Shown: positions 11,821 through 25,185 of the stretch, piece by piece
How positions within the stretch are numbered: the stretch's first letter is position 1
How the letters are laid out: every line of letters begins with the position of its first letter
NCBI RefSeq assembly: GCF_009914755.1
Contig: NC_060942.1
Source of the DNA: the human T2T-CHM13v2.0 reference genome, Homo sapiens
Direction: 5' to 3' (one strand)
DNA length: 64,000 nucleotides
Position numbers and translations under genes: made by a program
Notes under the pieces: model-generated
What the model saw: only the letters and a program-made list of their open reading frames with translations
Told to the model about the DNA's origin: nothing
Database searches by the model: none

Positions 11821-12137
11821 CAGTCATGCACCACATAACTACATTTTAGTCAATGATGGACCTCATATTACAATGGTAGTTCCATAAGATTATAATGGAG
11901 CTGAAGAATTGCTATGGCCTGGTGATTTGTGTCCCAGTTGCCTACAGTACTTGGTAACATGCTGCACAGGTTTATAGCCTAGGAGCAATAGGCTATACCA
12001 TACAGCCTAGGTGTGTAGGAGGCTATACCATCTAGGTTTGTGTAAGTAAGCACTCTTTATGATATTCACACAATGATGAAATTGCCTAACAATACATTTC
12101 TCAGAATCTATTCATGTCATGAAATGATGCATGACTA
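11821..12137 (+). mobile_element. Tigger3 (MER7/GOLEM)-family MITE
   Basis: TIRs cagtcatgc.../...gcatgacta followed by TA; internal ccataagattataatggagctgaa and gcctaggagcaataggctataccatacagcctaggtgtgtag. Confidence 0.88.
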
Positions 12138-12239
12138 TATATTAAAGAACAAAAAATGAAAAGGAGAATTACATCCAACTAACAGATTTTAACACTCAAC
12201 GTCCTAAAGATATCAATTCTGTACACATTTATATACCTA

Positions 12240-12600
12240 TACCCCCCAAAAGGAAAGCCTTTGTCTCTTTTTTCCCTATCTCTGTAGACACAGGGACAGA
12301 GAGAAAAATATAAACAAGTAGGCCTTGCTAAGATCCCCCCAGCTTGTTACCATTAGATCATACCTCTGGACCAGTCATACTTTTTCATAGTTATCCACTT
12401 CTTCATCAAACTTGGTAGCAAAATACACAGTCTTCTCTGTTTCTTTGGGTCTTCATTTCCTATGAAGTCTCTCATTTCACATAAAAATTATATGACATAA
12501 GAATCTGTATGCTTTTTTTGTTATTAATCTCTCAATTGTTGTAGGTGTTTTCACCATGAACCTAATGATGGGCAAGGGAAGAAATCTTTTCTCCCCTGCA
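12240..12600 (+). mobile_element. ERV1 LTR 3' part, MER34-family
   Basis: ttctttgggtcttcattt, tgtatgcttttt...ttaatct, ccatgaacctaatgatggg...ttttctcccctgca. Confidence 0.7.
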
Positions 12601-13451
12601 CACTCAAGAAGAGATTGAGGCACACCTCAAGAAATGAAAGGACAAAGTGCATACCTCACCTTATATTTAAAACATGATGATGAAAACACACTAGTGTTGT
12701 GCTTCTTCAGACTCCAGGTTCTTTTCACTTAAGCCTATTCTATGCAGGATACCGGCAACTGGGGATAGGCAGAAAGAAACATTCAGCCTGGTTCTTACAA
12801 ACATGCCTATGTGGCTGATTTAGTTCATCCACAAAGAAGAATGCAATTGACTCTCCTTCTCCAGAATGACATTATCAGCACATACAGTCAAGTGCCTGGG
12901 TAAGAAAACAAATGTACCTGCAACAAAGGTGTAAAATGTTAAAAGATTAAACAGATGAAGAAAATCCACATTGTCAAACACACAGTATTCAAAGCACTTG
13001 GCGTAATTTTTCTCGATCTTACCTTTAAGTAAGTTTGCTTTAAAATTACTTAATGTGGCATTCTCCATCACACAATTACAGTCTTCATAGGTTCATTCAT
13101 TTGTTCATCTGTTCAATGAGTATGCATTCAGGCAGTGTTCTATTAAGTTTGGACATTCTTGTCTCACCATGAGTAAGCAGATTTAGAACTAATTATCCTA
13201 TTTGTTTATATCTCAGGAAGTATAGTCTTAAAATACTGATTTTAGGAAATGTTTTCCAAGATCCATATGCCAGTAACGAAGTAAAGCTTGAGAAAACTTT
13301 GTGCTCTTCACTGAAGTCTTTTAGCCATCCTGGATTGTGGTATGTGTAACGAAGAGCTTGAATGGGCATAGAGGCCTTGGGAGGAGGCCCTAAGCACTGG
13401 CTTCCACCTATCTGCTAAGGCAGTTTGCATTTCACTCCAGCAACCCTGATT

Positions 13452-13620
13452 GTCATAGGGAGGACTCTCCACCTAGAACCAGAATGCCTAGAATTCAAGT
13501 CATGCTTCCTTACTTACTAGCTTAGGGAATTACTCAGAATTTATATTTCCGTACTTATACATAAGGGATAAAAATATCTACCTGACAAGGTTTACTAAGA
13601 ATTAAGTGACACATTTTACC
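13452..13620 (+). mobile_element. MIR fragment
   Basis: ctagaaccagaatgcctagaattcaagtc...acttactagct...aagggataaaaatatctacctgacaagg...attaagtgac. Confidence 0.65.
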
Positions 13621-14324
13621 TAAGAGCCCTCTGAAATGAAAAAGATGTATAACGAGTATAAGTTACTACCAGGGCAAGGTAGTAAGTAAGTAGCCGCGGG
13701 CGGGGGGGATAGAAATATTTTGAGAGCCATTCCCCTTGACTTATAGGATAGTCAAGAAACTAAATATAGTGAAAACAAAAACTGAAGTTTAAAATGTGGG
13801 CACATCAAGAAATTTTAGCTGTGGTCCATTGTAGACATGTAGGATTTATAAGAGCATTACAAAGGGTTAAGAAAATCTGAGTACCCATGGCCAAATTAGC
13901 AAAGAGAGATATAGTAGGCGTACTCAGCATTATCCTGAGAAAAATAATGCAGTAGGAACCCTGATTTCAAGCCAAAGTCAGCTGTTTTGTGGAAGCTGCA
14001 GTAGTGATTTTGGCTAGAGATTTTTTCAAATACAATCTCCAGAGGGAATAGTGATATTATTCTGGTTTAGATCCAAATACCAAAAAAAAAGCACATTTTA
14101 AAATATTACAAACAATTTGAAATCTCAGGCAGGGTTTCACAGCAGCAGCAGAATTGGCCCTATGCAGTAGCTATTTATAAGTGGCAAGGCCCTTTTTCTG
14201 TATTTCGAGGGCGCAGAACAAGGTAATAGCCCCCATCGTGATGTTGTGTGAGTGAAACGCTTAGACTTTGATGGAAAATGCAAACAAGACAACTTTTCTA
14301 TGTGTTCAAAGATTAGAAGGAATT

Positions 14325-16800
14325 CAACTTTTTTAATTAAAAATTTTATGGAGGTAATTATAGATTTATGTGCAGCTTTAAGAAATCATACAAAAGAGAT
14401 CCTATGTACATTTTACCTAATTTGCCTGGTATTAACGTTTTGTAAAAACTATAGTCTAATATCACAACTAAGATATTGACATTGATACAATTCACCAGCC
14501 TTATTCAGATTTCTCCAGTTTAACTTATACTCATGCTGTGTGAGTGTGTGTAATTTCGTTTGATTTTATCACATGTATATGTTTATGTATCCACCAGCAC
14601 AATCTAAACTAAACATTCCGTCACCATGAATATCCCTTATCAACATAAGGGATATGTTCACACCCAGTTCCAAACCCCTAGCAACCACTATTTTACCAGC
14701 ATTTCTAAAATTTTTGTCAAGAATGTTTTATTAATTAAATCATACGGAATGCAACTTTTTGGGATTGGATTATTTTACTCAGCATGATTACCTGGAGATT
14801 CATCTAAATTGTTTTAAGTATCTATAATATATTCCTTCTTATTGCCCTGTAATATTCCATGACATGTATGTAACACAAGCTGTTTAACCGTTCATCTGTT
14901 GAAGGACATCTGGGCTGATTCCGATTTGGAGTTATTACAGATAAAGCCACTATTAACATTTTTGTGTAGGTAGTTGTGTAAACATACATTTTAACTTATA
15001 GGGTAAATGCTTATGAGTGTAATTGTGCTGGATGGTGTGGTTATTATGTGCTTAGATTTTTAAGAAACTGTCAAATTATTTTCCAGAGTGGCCAAACCGT
15101 TTTACGTTCTCACCAGTAATGTATGAGAGATCCAGTTTCTCCTTCTTACCAGCATTGGGTGTTGCCACAATTTTTTTCTTAATTTAGCCATTCTGATAAA
15201 TGTACATTATTATTTCATTGTGGTATTAACTTGCATTTCCCTGATAGCTAAGAATATTTAACATATTTTCATATGTTCATTTGTCGTGTGTAGATCCTCC
15301 TCAGTAAAATGTCTGTTCATGGCTCTTGCCCATTTTTTAATTGAATTATTTGATTTTTAGTCTTGAGTTTTGAGAGTTTATTTATATATTCCAGATACTA
15401 GTTCACTATATGATGCATAATTAATTTGTAATAATAATTACAAATCATTTTTATTTATAGCTTCTCTCACTATATGATGTATAATTTATAATAATAATTA
15501 CAAATCATTTTTCCTTATTTATAGCTTCTCTTTTCATTCTCTTCACATGAATTTTCACAAATAGACAAGTCCAATTTGTCAATGTGTGAAGGACAATTTG
15601 TTAATTATTCCTTTTATGGCTCTTACTTTTCATGTCAATCATATGAACTCTTTGTCTTGCCCTATATCTCAAAAATTTTCCATGTCTTTTCCTCAAAAGT
15701 TTTATAGTTTTATATCTTACATTTACTTTCATTGTCCGATTTGAATTTTTTTTATATAATGTGAGTTTTTTATTGAGGTTCTTTCTTTGTTTCTTTATTG
15801 CCTTTGAATTTCCAATTGCTGCAGCACACTTTGCCCAAAAACTCTGCTTCCTCCAGGGAATTTCATTTGCACCTTTGTCAAAAATCTGTTAAGCCTATTT
15901 TTTTTCAGTCTATTTTTGGGTTCTTCTCTCTATTCTGTTGATCTATAGGTGTGCCCCTCATCCAGTGACATACTTCATGCCACACTGTCTTGATTACTGT
16001 AGCTTTAGTAGGTCTTGAGATAGTGGATAATTGTTTTTGTTACTTTATTCTTCTTTTCCAAGATCATTTTTGCTTTTCTGCGGTATAAGTTTATCTATAT
16101 TCACACAATACCTTGCTGGAATTTTTCAGAGGAATTGTATTAATACTATAGATCCTTTTGGGGACAATTAATGTCTTTACCGTGTTGATCACTTTAGAAA
16201 AAATGAACAACCTTGCTATGGGGAGTCATCTAATCCAGGAACACAGTGTGTTTTCAGTTTATTTATGTGTTACTTAATCTCTTTCATCAACTTATAATTT
16301 TCATCATACAGATTCTGCATATGTATTGTTTAGTGTGTACTTAGCACAGAAAGTGTGCATTCTGGGGGGTGGTTGCAAGTTGTGTTTCTTTAATTTTTAT
16401 TTTCACATGTTTATTGTGAGTATATAAAAATGTGATTGATTTTTGTTTCTTATCATGTATCTGCAACCTTGTTGAACTCCCTTAGTTCTAGGATTTTATG
16501 TTTCATAGATTTCTTGGAATTTTCTACATAGATAATCATGTCCTATGTGCATAGAGATTTATTTCTTTCTACTCAGTCTCCATGTCCTTAATTCTTAGTC
16601 TTTCGTAAGTATGTATAATTTTAGCTGTAGGATTTTGTAGACATTCTTTATCAAGTTGGGGTAATTCCCCTCCATTCCTACCTGGCTTAGAGGTTTTATC
16701 AAGAGTAAGTATTAGATTATATAAAATCCCGTTAATTAACTTTTCTGCACAACTTGTATGATCAAATATTCTTTTCCTTTTATTTTGTTGATGTGCATTT
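14325..16800 (-). mobile_element. L1M (MB/MC-type) 3' UTR and ORF2 end
   Basis: 3' end aattatagatttatgtgcagc...aactatagt...tattgacattgatacaat; ORF2-end motifs ttttccagagtggc, ttgcatttccctgatagcta, cacactgtcttgattactgtagcttt. Confidence 0.85.
15403..15530. repeat. 64-bp tandem duplication within L1
   Basis: tcactatatgatg...ataataattacaaatcatttt...tttatagcttctc at 15403-15466 and 15467-15530. Confidence 0.9.
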
Positions 16801-16849
16801 TCATTATATTTTGAATGGTATAGATGGTCACCATAGATTATCACTATTA

Positions 16850-19270
16850 TTGTTCGTCTGTATCACCAGCCAGAGATAGTTTTGTCTCCACTGTGAAGTT
16901 ATTTGTTGTTTTCCTCCTTTCTATTCTGTGCTTTTTAAAAGAAAGTCCCCATGTGGAGCCCTCACTTAGGGAGTGGTGAGTTATTTTCCACCTCCTTGAG
17001 GGCAGAGTTTCTACATAAATTATTTAGAATTCTGCCTGAGATATTTGTCTGTTTTCCTCATTTATCCATTTATTCTATCATTTATTTCAGTATGGACCTA
17101 TGGATATTTATTTTATATTTCGGGTTATAATTCAATGCTTTAATATGTTGCCAAATTCAACTTTGGCCACTGGAAGCTCTTGCAGGTAACCCCTTTGTCC
17201 CTTTGACATGCCCACATCATTTTTTTCTTCTCTTCCTTATTTTCTAGCACTACAAGATGCTCCAAGCTCATTGTATTTATATGTTCTCATGCTGCTAATA
17301 AAGACATACCTGAGACTGGGTAATTTATAAGGAAAAAGAGGTTTAACAGACTCAGTTCCACATGGCTGGGGAGGCCTCACAAGCATGGTAGAAGACCAAG
17401 GAAGAGCAGAGGCATGTCTTACATGGTGGTGGGCAAAAGAGAGCTAGTGCAGAACTCCCATTTGTAAAACCATGAGATCTCATGAGACTTTTTCACTATC
17501 ACGAGAACAGTACAGGAAAGACCCGCCCCCATGATTCAATTACCTCCCACCAGGCTCCTGCACTGACACCAGGGAATTATGGGAGCTGCAATTGAAGATG
17601 AGATTTGAGCCAAACCATATCACTCATCTTGTATATCCCCTTGCCCAATTCTCGAATTAGCCATTTCTCCAAGGAGCCCTGTTTTCACTTATTGAAGAAC
17701 AGTATTAGAAGCCCAAATCTGGGAATTCAGTGTGCTAATTGCTACTGGGTGTCATTACTTCCAGGTCTTCTCAACTGACAAAGCAAAGAGATAGGTGTGT
17801 TTATACTAACTGGTATATGCACACGCAAGTAGAAACACATGTCCATATGTAATCATCTTTATCTATATCAAGCTAAATATGAGTTCATACTAATATCTCC
17901 AACTCTAATCCACTGCCACATGGACCATTGTAGCCTTCTCCCCTTGCTTATCCACTTCAATAGTGAGAAACCTGGCTCCCACCATGGTATTAGAAATGTT
18001 AATCCACACCCTTTTGGGAGACAGCACTATCAAATCAACTAGAGTGCTTGCCTGCAGTCTCTATTTCCTTGAGTGTTATAGATCCACTTATTTACAAAGC
18101 TACTTAGGTCAGCATCTTTCTTCATCTTCTTCAGTGAGATTGTTTTATATATTTGCAATACAGTTAGATTCTTTTGTTGTATTCTACATTCCATCCTGGG
18201 ATTCCCTTAAATTCCTGAACAATAATATTTTTTGTGTAGATTAATACTAACTCTTCGTGCTATAAAATTCTGTGAGTTTTGATAAATGCATAGTGTCATT
18301 TATCCAGCATTATAGTATCATACAGAATAGTTTCACCACTATAAACATCTTCTCTGATTTACCTATTCAACTCCCTCCAGTACTCCCAAAGTAATGGCAT
18401 CTATAAGTTCTTACCATTTATCATATATGACATTTTGCATTTTGAAAAATGTAATATAATTGCAATCACAATCTATTTAGCTTTCCCAGACTGGCTTCTT
18501 TCACTCAACAATATATATTTGAGATTTATTTATGTCTGTTGTGACTTGACAGCTCATTCCTTTTTGTCATTGAATTATATTTCACTGCATGATGTACCAC
18601 TGATGGTTTATCATTTCACCTATTGATGAACATCTTTGTTTCTTCAAGTTGTTGGTGATTATAAATAAAGTTGTTATGAACATTTTTGCGTGGACATAGT
18701 TTACAAATCAATAAATACCTAGGAACACAATTGCTAAATCTTATGGTAAGACTGTATTTTTCTTGAAATGAAACTCTCAAATTGTCTTCCAAAGTGGCTG
18801 TACCATTTTGCACTCCCCTAGCAATGTATGAGAGTTTCTGTTGTTGCATGTCCTCTCCAACAATTGCTATTTTTGATGTATTAGATTATAGCCATTGAAG
18901 TTGGTATAAAGAGATTCTTCATTGTTGTTTTTTCAATTTTCTAATAATAGATGATGCATCTTTCATCTTCTTTGGTGATATGTCAGTTTATATCTTTAAC
19001 CATTTTTAGAACTTCGTTTTGTTGGCTTATTATTGAGTTTTAAGAGGTCTTTATTCACTTGGGATCCAACTCCTTTACCACATATAAGTTTTGTAAGTAT
19101 GTTCTCCCATCTGCAGCTTGTCTTTTTATTCTTTTAACAGAATCTTTCACAGAGCAGATTCTTAAAATTTTAATAAAGCCCAACTTATTTTTCTTTCATG
19201 GTTCATGCTTTTCTCACTGTATCTAAAACCTATTACCAAATCCGGGGTCACCTATATTTTTTTATTTCTC
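16850..19270 (-). mobile_element. Second L1M (MD/MC-type) 3' region, interrupted by THE1
   Basis: atttctccaaggagccctg, gctactgggtgtcatt, tgagttcatactaatatctccaactctaatcc, tgtcttccaaagtggctgtaccattttgcactccc. Confidence 0.8.
17272..17622 (-). mobile_element. THE1 (THE1C-like) MaLR solo LTR, perfect 5-bp TSD
   Basis: tgtatt...gctgctaataaagacatacctgagactgggtaatttata ... gccaaaccatatca; TSD ctcat at 17267-17271 and 17623-17627. Confidence 0.95.
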
Positions 19271-19309
19271 TTATTCTAGAAAAAATGAAAGACTATTTTC
19301 TCCACACTT

Positions 19310-20370
19310 ATTCTTTGCCTGATGCCCTTCCTTTCCTTATGTAGGTCTGAGTTTCTGGCTTGTATTATTTTCCTTTTCCCTGAAGAATATTTAAGATTTC
19401 CTGCAGGGTAAGTCTGTAAACAAATTCTCTCACTTTCTCTGTGAGAACATGTTTATTTCAGTTTCACTTTTTGAAAATAATTTACACTGGAGATAGGATT
19501 GTAGTTTTTTGTATTTTTTCAACATTTTTATTACTGTCCACACTGCCTGCTTGCATGGTTTCTGGGGAGAAGTCTGCTATACTTCTTACTCTTGTTCTTC
19601 CTGTAACTGGAGGGGCCAGAGGTTTCAGATTCCTCTGGGGTCCTTGTTTCTGTATCCCCTGTTGACTTATCTTGCCTAATTATTTATGCTTGAAGTCTTG
19701 CGAGTCTTTGAGCTGTCAGCACTATGATGACCTGAGCCCTGTGAGTGTGGTGGTAAGGAGTGGGATAGGGAAGATGTTCTATAATCTTCCAATTCAGTCG
19801 TTAGTGGGCCAGTGTCTCTGGGCTGTTACAGCCCCACATGTTTCTTCTTGTATGGCCACTTCCTGCTTTGTTGAGCCAGGAAGGCTAGAGAGGCTAGAAT
19901 GGGATAAATGCCCTTCTCCCAAGTGGGACAATACTGTGGTCAAGACTTCACTTGGAGGGCAGGCCTTTACTCTGAAGGATGCTCCATGTGCAGTTCACAG
20001 TGATTGTTCTTCCTCTCCCCTGCCGGTGACATAAAGGGCCCTCTCCCAGCTCTTTACTGTCACAGTCTCATGGGGTTTCTGGAGGCAAATAAAACCCACT
20101 AAAATGTGGAGTCCTCCCAAGACTTCAGTCCCTAGGAGTTTCTCACTCTTATGCTCATTCACACTCCACTTCTAGCAATTCATCAGAATGACCACATCAG
20201 TGTTCTGGCCAGTTAATAGCTCCAGCAGCTTCTGCACCAGGTAAGCAGATCTCATTTGTGGCTCCCTCAATGCACCTGTCTTTCCAGACTTTGAGATGGT
20301 AGTTTGCCCTGTGACCTCAATTCTATTGGGTTTCAAGAAAAGTAATTGTTTTTCAGTTTGTTCAGCTATA
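19310..20370 (-). mobile_element. Old L1 5'/ORF1-region remnants
   Basis: caaattctctcactt, tttcactttttgaaaataatt, ctgcttgcatggtttctggggagaagtctgct, ccctgtgacctcaattct. Confidence 0.6.
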
Positions 20371-20524
20371 TCGTGGAGTAAAGACCTGAAAGTTTGCAGC
20401 TGCCTAAGAAGACAATAATTTATTCAAGTTTTAGGCTAGGTGAGTATGATTTATAGTTTTACAGTAAAGTCCATGGGGACAGAGTTCACCTATGTTTTGT
20501 TCATCATCTTGTAAGTAGTAGCTA

Positions 20525-21067
20525 CCACAGTGCCCTCAGATGGACTAAACTGTAAACAAGCTTATTCCTGACTTTAGACCCTGACCTTTCTTTCCTTAGA
20601 GCATTTACTTTTAGAAAATTTGTAAATCCTCTGCACCTTTGAGATATAAATTTTTGTAGACTCCTCTTCCCAGGTTTATGACCCAGAACCATCTCTCTCA
20701 AGGACTTGGAAACCATCCCTTTCAAATGTAATCATCATGGATGATACAGCCACTATCTCCCGAACTGTATGGACGTGTGGCAGCCTAACTTTGGAGGGTG
20801 CTAATTAGCAAGCACAGCTACCCTATTCACCAGAGAAAAACATTTGCAAACTCAAGATAACTCAACATTCTGAACACATACTATGTTTAACCTTAATATC
20901 CTCCATCACTTTTTCAGTAGTTTTCCCAGCACTTGAAAACCCTTTTGCCTTTTGTTTCAATGGGGTTGACTTCAGACTGCATTCTAGTTTCTCTCCTCTA
21001 TTGCAAGAGCATTGAATAAAGTTTTCCATACTCATTTAACTTTGTCCAGTGCAATTTTGCTTTGACA
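20525..21067 (+). mobile_element. ERV1 solo LTR, MER67-group-like
   Basis: cttagagcatttacttttagaaaat, ctcaaggacttggaaaccatccctttcaaatgtaatcatc, ctaattagcaagcacag, AATAAA near 21015, end ttttgctttgaca. Confidence 0.7.
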
Positions 21068-23229
21068 TAGGTCTAAAATCATTCCACCACACTATGTTTT
21101 CCTGGTTACTAGAATAAATTATTACTTTGACTACATTATTTATATAAAAGAAATTTGGGGAATTAGTCACCTCCAACTCAATTAATTTAGATCAATGATT
21201 AAATCTCTACATATGACAAAATATTATGTATTTGAATTTATTTTTAAGTAAAGTTTATATCTGTATATTAATTGAGGTGGAGTATCATATATTATTAACT
21301 GAAATTACATTTTCCTGTTTATGCAATATGGTAGTATCAGCTTCTTAGTTTAAGGAGATTTTAAAAATCACCTTTCCATAGAAGTATTTTTATATTTCCA
21401 AAATTTTAACCACCACACTAATGTGGAAACACGAAAAATTGATATGTAAAATAATCAAAACACTTAAGTTACTATAACAAAAGAGTAAGTTGGTTTGAGA
21501 TTATATTCATGGATTGTAAACATACCTCTCAGGTATGATTTTTTAAAATAAATGCAGCTAATTTATAAAACTGGAACACTTTTTTGGGGGGGAATGAGAA
21601 GAGAAAAAAATGGAGCGAAAGCATTGTTGAGACAGAAATCACAGTGAAAAAGAAAATAGGACAGAATAAAACAGAAACAAAATAAATGAGCTTGACTGTA
21701 AGAGATCAACAAAGTAATACGGAAAAAATGAAAATACAAATAGGATCACATCTACGGAAGTCATATAAAAAATAGACAGAAAATCAATCTTTTCATGGGA
21801 ATTATTTTCTTCATTTTGTTAACTCTAGAGAAAATGAAATTTGTTTGTTTAACAAATTATTCCTCGTTTTTGCAGCTCTAGGCATAAAAGTGCTATAGCA
21901 ATGCTATACATCATTGAAAAACATTTACAGACTCTAAAGTACTTCCACATAAACTGCCTCATTTAATATCATAATAAAGGTATAAATTAAGCATCCTTAA
22001 TATTACCCTCATCTGACGTGTAGAAACCAATGTCCAGAGGAGTGTTCCTGTCTTCAAATTGTCAAACATGGTTGTTAAAATGACATTTTTGTATATGATT
22101 AAGGTCTTCTGACATTAAACTCACACCTATTTCCTTCTATCAGGCGCTTTCAAATCTGTTTGTACATCAAAATGTCATATAATACTTTAAAAGATATCCA
22201 GGACCCACTTTGGCACCTAAATTGTAAAAGTTATTCTGGCAATCCGTATGTACAGTCAAATTTAAGAAACACTGTGTACATACCACTATGTAATGGTAAG
22301 ACCTGATTGTACATGCCTACAAGATGTTTAAAATTGATTAAACATAAAATTGGGAATTGACAATTTCTGTTATATGTTAGTCTAATTTTTATAAAGGGAA
22401 GACATTGGGGCTTTTCATATATTAAGTTTTAAGTTAACAAAACATCATAAATTAGCTTTTGGCCTACACTACCCCTAAACATGTGAAAGCTGGGGTGTCA
22501 AAACTCTTCAGCCCTCTGTTACACATCAGTATTTTGTGCACCATCTATAGGGGACCATTTTTTCAAAATTTTAAGTAAACATATGCTTAGTTACAGTAAT
22601 TACACTTCGATGTATAGCTGAACCTGTAGAAATATCATATGTACAAGGTGCCTTTAGTTAGGATAAAACCAAAACAGCCACAAAGAGAGACTCAAAAATA
22701 CCATGGCTTAAAAAATAGAAATGTAAATCAATCTCTCTTCCCCCCCTTTCTCTCTCCAGTTCTCCCTCTCTTTCCCCCTTTCTCCCTCTCTCACTCTCTC
22801 TCATGGAATAATCTCAAGGTCAAAGGATCAGTACAGATCAAGGAAATCCATCATCCTCCACATGGGTTTTCCATCTCTGGGTCTAAGTGAGATCATGCAT
22901 ACCAATTTGCTCCTATGGCAAGTGTACACAGCAAACACTGGCTAAGGCCTTGTGCTTTGGAAATATCCATCCATTTATCCACTGGTAGGAAGAAAAGGCA
23001 TCTAGTCACTTTTGCCTCCCAAATGAAGTTCAGGAAACCAATAAGGACGTGCTGAAAGGATAGGCTCCAGATGATGCTCTTCCTCCCAGGGTGTGGGGTC
23101 AGAGACTAGATGGTGGCCCTGTCTGGAAGGTGCATAATACTTGACGAGAAGACCAGGGTGGAGATTTTGCCTGTCTCACCAGTGTTTCTAGTGTTTCACG
23201 TTTCTACCAAACATGTTTGTATGTGTGCA

Positions 23230-23233
<4 letters not shown>

Positions 23234-23274
<41 letters not shown>
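23234..23274. repeat. (TG)20 microsatellite
   Basis: Direct reading. Confidence 0.97.
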
Positions 23275-23276
<2 letters not shown>

Positions 23277-23789
23277 CCTCCAGCCCTGCATTTTCACCAG
23301 CTGTCATGCATCTAAGAGTTTAAAGAGGAGCTGGAGGAGTTAAAAAGTGAATCACATCCATGAATCCATTAAAAAAAAGTGTGTGGGGGTGTGTATGTGT
23401 GTGTGCACATGCATGAGAGATAGAGACGGGGAAATATTGGGCCTTTAGTTTTATGAAACTCAAGCACTAGTAGTAAAGTAAATATGGTTTCAGGAGGATT
23501 TGCCTAAATTCTGGAGAAAGATGATGACTTTTATTTAAAATCCTTTTTCACTAGAGATTGCTTCTATAGAAGAAATTTTGGGTTTGCTGAAAACAGTATG
23601 CATATGTATAGTAAGGTATAAAGTTTTGTTGTGAGGAGTTTTAGATATAGCAGCAAAGAAATGATCTATGAAAGAAATAGTTAATGACTGGACTTAATTA
23701 AAATTAAAAAATTCCACCCTGGTAGAGACACTGTCAAGAGAATGAAAAGACAACCTACAGACTGGGAGAAAATATTTGCAAACAATGTA

Positions 23790-23836
23790 TTAGTTTGTTG
23801 TAAGAGTAATTGCAGTTTTTGCCATTACTTTCAATG
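23790..23836. mobile_element. MADE1 (Hsmar1 MITE), left half only
   Basis: ttagtttgttgtaagagtaattgcagtttttgccattactttcaatg, preceded by TA. Confidence 0.8.
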
Positions 23837-24762
23837 TGTACTATTTGATCAAGGACTAGTATCCAAAAATTACAAAGAACTCTTAAACCCAACAACAAGA
23901 AAACAAAAGCCCAGTTAAAAACTGTGCCAACTGCCTGAACAGACATCTCACTAAATAAGATATACAGATGGCAAAGAAATAAATGAGAAGAGGCCTTAAT
24001 TTGCATTTCTTCATGTGTCATCAAGGAAATGCAAACTGAGGTGACAATGAGACACCATAACATACCTATTAAAATGGCCAAAATTCAGAACACTGAATGC
24101 TGGTGAGGATGTGGAGCAATAGGAACTCCCATTCATTTTCGGAGAGAATGCAAAATGGCACCACCACTTTGAAAGACAGTTTGGCTATTTCTCATGAAAC
24201 TAAACATAGGCTTATCACAAGATCCAGTAATCACACTTCTTGGTATTTACCCAAAGGAGGTTAAAACTATGTCCATACAAAAGCATGCACATGGATGTTT
24301 ACAGAAGGCTGATTCATAATTCTCAAACTTGGAAGCAACAAGAATGTCCTTCAGTAGGCAAGTGGATAAAGTGTGGTATATTCAGCCAATAGAATATTAT
24401 TCAGTACTAAAACAAAATGATCTTTCAAAACATGAAGAAACACAGAGGAACCTTAAATTTGTATTACTAAATGAAAGAAGTCAATCTGAAAATGCTACAT
24501 ACTCTGTGGTTTCAACTACATGGCATGCAGAAAACGTCAAAACTATGGAGACAGTAGAAAGACCAGTGGTTCTCAGGGGTTAGAGGGAAGGGAGAGATGA
24601 ACAGGTGGAAAACAGGGGACTTTTAGTAGTTTTTAGTGAAACTTACTCTGTATGATACTATTATAGGGAATACATGTCATTACATATATGTTCAAACCCA
24701 TAGAATGTATAACACCCAGCATGAATCGAAATGTAAACTGTGGGCTTTGGGTAATAGTGATG

Positions 24763-25185
24763 TGTATTAGTCTGTTCTCACATTGCTATAAAGAAATACC
24801 TGATACTGGGTAATTTATAAAGGAAAGAGGTTTAATTGGCTCACAGTTCAATAGGCTGTACAGGAAGCATGATGCTGGCATTCCACTTGGCTTCTGAGGA
24901 GGCCTCAGGAAACTTCCAATCATGGCAGAATGCAAAGAAGGAATAGTCATCTTACATGGCCAGAGCAGGAAGAGAGAGGGAGGGGGTAGGTGACACACTT
25001 TTAAACAATCAGATCTTTTGAGAATGAACTCACTGTCATGAGGACAGTACCAAGGTGGGTAGTGCTAAACCATTCAGGAGAAACCGCCCCCATGATCCAA
25101 TCACCTGCACCAGGCCCCACCTCCAACATTGAGAATTATAATTTGACATTAGATTTAGGTGTGGACACAAATCCAAACGATATTA
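24763..25185 (-). mobile_element. MSTA-like MaLR LTR
   Basis: tgtattagtctgttctcacattgctataaagaaatacctga...ggctcacagttc...ggctgtacaggaagcatg...ggacacaaatccaaacgatatta. Confidence 0.93.

Noticed and set aside
20357-20445. Strong donor tag|gtgagt with upstream ttcag acceptors; other lone donors near 13020 and 50680 on the minus strand
   Set aside because: Partly within L1 remnants and not linkable into a consistent exon chain without transcript data.
23755-24583. ORFs with L1 ORF2 C-terminal resemblance
   Set aside because: Decayed L1 with stops, frameshifts and nested insertions.
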